Shown: piece after piece, positions 15,566 to 20,670 of the stretch
Numbering within the stretch: position 1 is the stretch's first letter
Layout: every line of letters begins with the position of its first letter
Source of the DNA: an uncultured bacterium
GTDB taxonomy: Bacteria; Hydrogenedentota; Hydrogenedentia; Hydrogenedentales; JAEUWI01
Length of the DNA stretch: 20,670 nt
Direction: 5' to 3'
NCBI GenBank assembly: GCA_963977445.1
Contig: CAXBPH010000110.1
Coordinates: forward strand, 1-20,670
Position numbers and translations under genes: made by a program
The notes under the pieces: model-generated
What the model was told of the DNA's origin: nothing
Database searches by the model: none
Seen by the model: the letters and a program-made list of their open reading frames with translations, nothing else

Positions 15566-17827
15566 TCAATAAAACTTGAGGCCATTGACGGTGGTTTGGG
15601 TGTGAGACTTTTTCAGGAAGCTGGCAATGGTATCGCCTGTCAATCCCGTGTCTGGCAGGGAAACGGCAGCAATGTAGTCGGGGTCGAGGCCCCGGTGGAA
15701 TTCACCCTCGTACTGCAGGGCTTCGAAGGGACTCAGGCCTCGGTCATAGTGGAGGGCCACGCCGGGTGTATACCCCATTTCCTGTCGCTTTTTGTGAATC
15801 TTTATGGTTGTTTTTGTTGTTTTTGGAAATTTAGTGGCGTCTATATCCGCAAAGCGTTGGCCCACGCTCCGTTGGGTCTCCCCCACCACCGATATTCGCA
15901 GACTGCGATTGCGACTTTCCTGGGCCGCCTTTTCGAGCACGCGATTGACAATGCGTTTGCCCAAATCCCGCGCTTCCGCCTGTTCGTGCATCTCAATACC
16001 AAAAAGGGCTTTCACCGCCTCATTTAACCCCAATACAGACAAAAAGCCACGAGAATTGCGCAGTGGAAGGACCGCTCCATCGGACCGAGAGGCGGAAAGC
16101 AGGGCCAGGGGGCCAACCGTACCACGGTCCATAAGGCCTTCGAGAAAATCGTAACGTTCGGCGAGGGCCACCGCGACGAGGGAGACGCGCTGATCGAGCA
16201 GGTCCATGAAGCGGGATTCTTTTCCCGCCGCGTAGGCGATGCGGGGCAGATTGAGGGCCACGCGGTGAAACACGGCATCGAGGGGCTGACATGGCGTGAG
16301 CTCCTGGCCAACAACATCCTCTCGGTTAAAGTAAAAACGAATGCCAAATCCGGCTTCTACCAACAGTGCCGCTTTGGCGAGAAAGGCGTCGCTGCCCGGT
16401 GACTGGAAGAAATCGGGTCCCAGACAAATAGCCACGGCAGGTGCCACGACGGGCAGCCCTTCACAGGTTGCCAGGACCTCCAGAAACTTCCAGGCCAGTT
16501 GCTGGGCGGGATGCTCCAAGGCGCGGTAGGTGCAATCGGGTACGAGGCCCTCGGGCCCGGCGACCTTCTGGTCAGCGAGGTGGGCCGGCACGTTCCAATA
16601 GAGACGCAGCTCCGTCCCGGGCCCGTCTCCCCCGTGGGCGAGGGCGCGGTAGGCGAATTCGTAGACCATCATCTGGGCGAACTGCTGGAGCTCCTGGGGA
16701 GACAATTCCCGGACGTAGGGGGCAAAATGGTAATTGACGGCATCCCAGTGAATGGGCCCGGCCACACACGCCTGAAAGCCGGCGGTGGCTTTCGCCAATT
16801 GGGCGAGGAAGGTAATGGCGTTTCGGGGTGGTGAGGCAAAATCGGGCGCACCGGGCAAGCCCACCCCGTAGGTCGCAACCATCGCAGGCGACAAGGTTAC
16901 CTGATGAAGCCGGTCGGGCTTGTCGAGGTCGTATAGGTGGATATCGCCTTCCAGATGGGCATCACTCACATGGGGCACGTGTATCTGGGTCAGGGCATAT
17001 TCTTTTTTGACCGCGCCGGCCAGAACCCGGTCGGTCGCAACGGGATCCCGCCCGGTGGTGGCGTCGGTCAGGCCTTTGATGATTCGCTCACAATCATAGA
17101 GGGGCACGCCCAATCGACGGTGTCGGTCGCGGTATTCCCGCAAGTCATGTGCGACCAGACGGGCCGCGACCAATTCACGGACGAGGGAGGTCGTCAGGGT
17201 CTCGATTTGGGCCGATTCCAACTGCTGCTCGACTTCGGTGGCCACGACGAGCGCCATGGACTGCTCCAGGCCGGTCTCCCGCACGAGGGCATCGACGATT
17301 TTGTCCCGATTCCAGGAGGTCAGCGTATCGTCACTGGTGCGAACGAAAAGGTTTCGGTCGTCGCGGGGTTGCTCCCCATTATCTCTCGCCTCTTCCAACT
17401 CCCCCAGCAACAGGCGCATATCGCCCTCGCGCAGGCGGCGAATACGAGCCCGACGGTCCCGATAACGGGCGTAGGCGAAGGCGGTGCGCACGTGGGTCAT
17501 CTGGATGAGGACCCGTTCCACGGCGTCGTGAATATGGTCCACCGTGGGCACGTGACTGCCGAGCTGTTTGGTCAGATAGATGGTGACGGCCCGGGCAAGG
17601 CTTTGGGCGAGGTCCTGGTCGCTACCCCCAATCGAATGGGCAGCCTGAAAGATGGCGTTGGCGATTTTGTTGCGATCGAAGGCCTCTTCCCGCCCATTCC
17701 GCTTGAGAACGGTGGAAAAGGGCTCGGGAGCCTGCACAAAAGGCAGGGGCAGGGACATTTGGGCATCGAAAATGCCTTCATTGTCCAGAATATCGTCAGA
17801 TTGCTTGTCGGAATCGTCGTGGAGCAT
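15566..17827 (-). CDS. NrdD (class III ribonucleotide reductase)-like protein with two ATP-cones; catalytic cysteine motifs and glycyl-radical domain absent
   Basis: ATP-cone 1 VLKRNGREEAFDRNKI...AYARYR; cone 2 VRTSDD..SWNRDKI; RLGVPLYD, AHLEGDIHLYDL, WDAVNYHFAPY, LNLPRIAY, GLNEAV, RFADID, EGEFH. Ends at VNGLKFY without CxxC..CxxC or RxxGY. Confidence 0.85.
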   Translation of the reverse strand: MLHDDSDKQSDDILDNEGIFDAQMSLPLPFVQAPEPFSTVLKRNGREEAFDRNKIANAIFQAAHSIGGSDQDLAQSLARAVTIYLTKQLGSHVPTVDHIHDAVERVLIQMTHVRTAFAYARYRDRRARIRRLREGDMRLLLGELEEARDNGEQPRDDRNLFVRTSDDTLTSWNRDKIVDALVRETGLEQSMALVVATEVEQQLESAQIETLTTSLVRELVAARLVAHDLREYRDRHRRLGVPLYDCERIIKGLTDATTGRDPVATDRVLAGAVKKEYALTQIHVPHVSDAHLEGDIHLYDLDKPDRLHQVTLSPAMVATYGVGLPGAPDFASPPRNAITFLAQLAKATAGFQACVAGPIHWDAVNYHFAPYVRELSPQELQQFAQMMVYEFAYRALAHGGDGPGTELRLYWNVPAHLADQKVAGPEGLVPDCTYRALEHPAQQLAWKFLEVLATCEGLPVVAPAVAICLGPDFFQSPGSDAFLAKAALLVEAGFGIRFYFNREDVVGQELTPCQPLDAVFHRVALNLPRIAYAAGKESRFMDLLDQRVSLVAVALAERYDFLEGLMDRGTVGPLALLSASRSDGAVLPLRNSRGFLSVLGLNEAVKALFGIEMHEQAEARDLGKRIVNRVLEKAAQESRNRSLRISVVGETQRSVGQRFADIDATKFPKTTKTTIKIHKKRQEMGYTPGVALHYDRGLSPFEALQYEGEFHRGLDPDYIAAVSLPDTGLTGDTIASFLKKSHTQTTVNGLKFY

Positions 17828-17982
17828 GCGAAAGAGTCACTTTTTGGGATTCGGGGGCCGGGGAGCGCGGTCAACGCGACCAACGGGGGAGCCGTCAGTC
17901 TAGCGAAACAGGGCGGCGCAAGACAAGCCACAGGGGGTTGGGCGCTCCGAAATATGGGCAACACGGGGGTATCGGTTCGGGC

Positions 17983-19302
17983 CTACTTCGCGTTGGGTGC
18001 GCCTTCTGCACTCATGACACTCCCCTGCTTCTCCATATCGTCGAGGACCACCTGGAGGGTATCGTGGACCGCCCGGGCCGCCTCGCTCAACGACGCTTTG
18101 TCCATGGGATGTGCTTCATCGGGATCGTCGTGCACGTCGTAAAAACGGCCATCGGCGAAGAGCTTGTATTGGGTCGTTCGGGCGGAGCGCCCCCGCCATT
18201 GGTTGATATTGCCCCAGCGGGGGTCGTAGTGACAGTATAGCCAGGGTTTCTCGTCGATGGACTCTCCGCGCAGGAGGGGAAGAATTGACCGTCCGTCGAG
18301 TGGGCTTTCGCGGTACTCTTCGATGCCTGCCAGGTCGAGGAGGGTGGGAAAGAAGTCTTCGAATCCGACCAGGCCTTCGTGGAGACCTCCCTGCTTAATC
18401 GTTCCGGGCCAATAGGCCATGAGGGGAACGCGGGTACCTGCGTCGGTCATCATCCCCTTACCGCCCGCGATTTTTCGTTCGCCCATCATGGACGTTATCT
18501 TGCGATTGGTGCCGTTGTCTCCCGTGAAGAAGATGATGGTATCTTCTGCCAGCCCCAGGGCGGCAACGTGATCGACGACCCGCCCCACTACGCGATCGGT
18601 ATAGGCCATCATGTCGGCAAAGTGCTTGTTGTCATCCTTGTGGCGGTCCCCCTTCTCCCATTCCGGACTGTCGGGTGTGGGCACGAAGGGGTTGTGTACG
18701 AGTGCCATAGGAAAGTAGAGTAGAAAGGGCTTTTCCCGGTTGCGGGTCATGAAGTCACAGGCAAAATCGGCGAACACCGTGGGACCGTAGGTAGCTTCAT
18801 TTCGGGGCAGGGCAACCCCATTCTGCTCGATGAGGGGATTGGCGTAGCGTTCACCGTCCTTTTTCTCGTAGGTGAGTTGCCAGAGACTGTATTCGTCGAA
18901 TCCGAAATGGGCGGGCAGAGATTTGTCGTGTCCAAGCTGCCACTTACCCGCGATAGCCGTGGCATAGCCTGCGGACTTGAGGGCTTGGGCGAAGGTCTTC
19001 TGGGCGGGATCCAACGTGCCGAATTGGCGATAATTCCGGAAGTTGTATTGCCCCGTCATAATTTTCACCCGCGTGGGCGTGCACAGGGGTTGGCTATAGC
19101 CTTGGGTGAAGCGCATGCCTGCGGCAGCGAGGGCATCAAGGCGTGGCGTGGCGTAGGAGGTGCTGCCGTTGACCCCAAGGCATTCATAGCCCATATCATC
19201 GGCCATGATGAGGACGATATTGGGTTGACGCGCCGAGACCGACATGGTGATGACGATAGCGAGGAAGAACGCACACGCTCGACTTGGAATTCGGATGGGC
19301 AT
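17983..19302 (-). CDS. Exported formylglycine-dependent (S1) sulfatase
   Basis: PNIVLIMADDMG, LCTPTR..IMTGQY (CxPxR), GKWQL, VHNP, GDNG, GTRVP, LDGRS; signal peptide from ATG 19302. Confidence 0.93.
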   Translation of the reverse strand: MPIRIPSRACAFFLAIVITMSVSARQPNIVLIMADDMGYECLGVNGSTSYATPRLDALAAAGMRFTQGYSQPLCTPTRVKIMTGQYNFRNYRQFGTLDPAQKTFAQALKSAGYATAIAGKWQLGHDKSLPAHFGFDEYSLWQLTYEKKDGERYANPLIEQNGVALPRNEATYGPTVFADFACDFMTRNREKPFLLYFPMALVHNPFVPTPDSPEWEKGDRHKDDNKHFADMMAYTDRVVGRVVDHVAALGLAEDTIIFFTGDNGTNRKITSMMGERKIAGGKGMMTDAGTRVPLMAYWPGTIKQGGLHEGLVGFEDFFPTLLDLAGIEEYRESPLDGRSILPLLRGESIDEKPWLYCHYDPRWGNINQWRGRSARTTQYKLFADGRFYDVHDDPDEAHPMDKASLSEAARAVHDTLQVVLDDMEKQGSVMSAEGAPNAK

Positions 19303-19526
19303 TGGGCTGTCCCTTTTTGGGTGCTGACGGCGTAAGGATGACGTCCTGACGCCCCAAGTAGCATCAGAAAATTCTTGGGGATAGTGTTCCCCATTCCCCC
19401 TGAACTTTGCAAAAAGCCGCTGGGTGTAATGAACCGGATTTTGTCGTGGGCTTTCCCCACATAACATTTGGGTGCTACTATGCTTCGGAAATCCACCACA
19501 CCAGATTCCTCCGGAGGGCTCCCACT

Positions 19527-19613
19527 ATGAAGCACCACCTTATTCCTGTTTTCACGTTTCTCACCCTGACCGTCGTGGTTAAAGAATACCACGGCATAAC
19601 CGTAACCCACTGA
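19527..19613 (+). CDS. Possible 28-aa small protein or leader peptide MKHHLIPVFTFLTLTVVVKEYHGITVTH
   Basis: GGAGG at 19513-19517 before ATG; TG-C-TACTAT at 19473-19481; stop 15 nt before the TSUP gene. Confidence 0.3.
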   Translation: MKHHLIPVFTFLTLTVVVKEYHGITVTH

Positions 19614-19628
19614 GAAACGAGCATTACT

Positions 19629-20405
19629 ATGGATATATGGTACGCGCTACTGCTGATCGCGGCAGGACTGGTTTCTGGATTCATGAATGTACTCGCCGGT
19701 GGGGGCTCCCTGCTGGTGATGCCCATCATGACGCTCTTGCTGGGTATGTCCGGACCCGTCGCCAATGGCACCAACCGCGTTGCCATCCTGGCGCAAAACG
19801 TGTCCGCCGTCGCCGGATTTCGGAAGAAGGGTTTCTCTGACATTCGCCTCAGCATCAGCCTGGCCCTCTGCGCCCTGCCCGGTGCCGCCATCGGTGCGTG
19901 GTATGGAACGGCCCTGAGAGGGGAACAGTTTAATCGGGTATTGTCCGCCGTGATGATTGCCGTGATGATTCTCATGGCGGTCAAGCACCGACAGTCGAAA
20001 AAGAAGAAAAGCACCCCCCCCCCCGATTCGTCAGTCGTCCATCGACCTACCCGAAAGCAGCTCATTGCGGGCCATGTATTAATCGTTGCCGCCGGATTCT
20101 ATGGGGGATTCATTCAGGCCGGCGTGGGGTTTATCCTGATGGCCATACTGAATCAGGTGATGGGACTCGATCTCGTTCGGGTCAATATGCACAAAGTCTT
20201 TATCGTCGCGAGCTACACCGTAGTTGCCCTGGGCTTTTTCGCGTGGGGTGGCCATATCCTCTGGGTGCCGGGCCTCATCCTCGCGGCCGCCATGGCTATC
20301 GGCGGATGGGTAGGCTCCCATATGGCAATCAGCAAGGGTGAAGGGCTCATTCGCGTCGTTCTCAATATCGCCCTCAGCATCATGATCATCAAGTTGCTCT
20401 TTTAA
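19629..20405 (+). CDS. TSUP family (TauE/SafE sulfite-exporter-like) membrane transporter
   Basis: SGFMNVLAGGGSLL, ANGTNRV, GFYGGFIQAGVG, highly hydrophobic two-half architecture. Confidence 0.9.
   Translation: MDIWYALLLIAAGLVSGFMNVLAGGGSLLVMPIMTLLLGMSGPVANGTNRVAILAQNVSAVAGFRKKGFSDIRLSISLALCALPGAAIGAWYGTALRGEQFNRVLSAVMIAVMILMAVKHRQSKKKKSTPPPDSSVVHRPTRKQLIAGHVLIVAAGFYGGFIQAGVGFILMAILNQVMGLDLVRVNMHKVFIVASYTVVALGFFAWGGHILWVPGLILAAAMAIGGWVGSHMAISKGEGLIRVVLNIALSIMIIKLLF
20014..20024 (+). repeat. Poly-C homopolymer (C11) inside the TSUP gene
   Basis: gcaCCCCCCCCCCCgat, read as T-P-P-P in the central loop. Confidence 0.9.
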
Positions 20406-20449
20406 GAAAAACTCCTGTGGGGTACGTTTATCGCACAACCCACAGGAGT
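20406..20449 (-). terminator. Hairpin terminator between TSUP and the convergent terminal gene
   Basis: ACTCCTGTGGG (20411-20421) / CCCACAGGAGT (20439-20449) 11-bp stem; T-tract follows on the minus strand. Confidence 0.7.
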
Positions 20450-20501
20450 AGAATCTACTACATCTATTTGCCTGTTAACCCTTTTTGCCTTTGCGTAGTA
20501 T

Positions 20502-20670
20502 TCAGGACATGGAACGTCCGTATCCTGCCAGCGTCAGCAACGCGAGTCCCATGATGAAGAAGTCCGCGATCTTGGTGCGGAAGTCTTTCGCCGTCAAGTC
20601 ACAAGCACAACCGGTACCTTCACCTTCACCTTCACCTTCACCTTCACCTTCACCTTCACCTTCACCTTCA
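20502..20670 (-). CDS. 3' end of a surface or exported protein: (EG)9-TGCACDLTAKDFRTKIADFFIMGLALLTLAGYGRSMS* (5' part outside the window)
   Basis: Manual translation of the minus strand; open from the window edge to TGA at 20502-20504; acidic linker, GCxC, then hydrophobic helix. Not in the ORF track. Confidence 0.8.
   Translation of the reverse strand, partial: EGEGEGEGEGEGEGEGEGTGCACDLTAKDFRTKIADFFIMGLALLTLAGYGRSMS
20616..20670. repeat. Perfect hexanucleotide tandem repeat (ACCTTC)9+, encoding Glu-Gly
   Basis: Nine full units running off the window end. Confidence 0.95.

Noticed and set aside
15452..15568. The NrdD-like TGA stop is followed in frame by TGT-TTC-TGT and an open frame running into the next ORF, suggesting Sec or readthrough (UxxC).
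   Set aside because: The extension has no second CxxC and no RxxGY, and the interval holds a sigma-28 promoter and RBS for an independent gene; probably coincidence.
17925..17962. Possible degenerate NrdR boxes upstream of the NrdD-like gene (CCACAGGGGGTTGGG; CCGAAATATGGG).
   Set aside because: Poor match to the palindromic consensus and atypical spacing.
20616..20670. Tandem repeat at the window end as a CRISPR, telomere-like or mobile-element feature.
   Set aside because: No spacers; it reads as an in-frame Glu-Gly linker ahead of a coherent C-terminal tail. It may explain a contig break.

Overview
Ordinary-looking GC-rich bacterial chromosomal window with no mobile element, CRISPR array, rRNA or tRNA recognised. 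The (Glu-Gly)n linker plus GCxC-TM tail at the right edge suggests Candidatus Hydrogenedentes (inference). Gene order: larE (+); sodC (-); neutral-ceramidase-like gene coupled to a SpoIIM-like membrane protein (-); Na/Pi cotransporter with a lipoprotein-like, Ig-like N-terminal extension (-); threonine aldolase (+); ceramidase-like/C45 Ntn-hydrolase fusion coupled to a membrane-anchored hypothetical (-); DJ-1/YajL (+); small hypothetical (+); sugar-phosphate isomerase/epimerase (+); hypothetical behind a near-consensus sigma-28 promoter (-); NrdD-like protein with two ATP-cones (-); sulfatase (-); TSUP transporter (+); and the 3' end of a surface protein (-). The most notable features are two uninterrupted but catalytically eroded pseudoenzyme candidates (an NrdD homolog lacking the catalytic Cys motifs and the glycyl-radical domain, and a ceramidase/C45 fusion), the Ig-like/Na-Pi fusion, a candidate C-terminal sorting signal, a sigma-28-driven orphan, and a candidate structured leader RNA. 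Family calls rest on motif recognition by eye; no searches were run.
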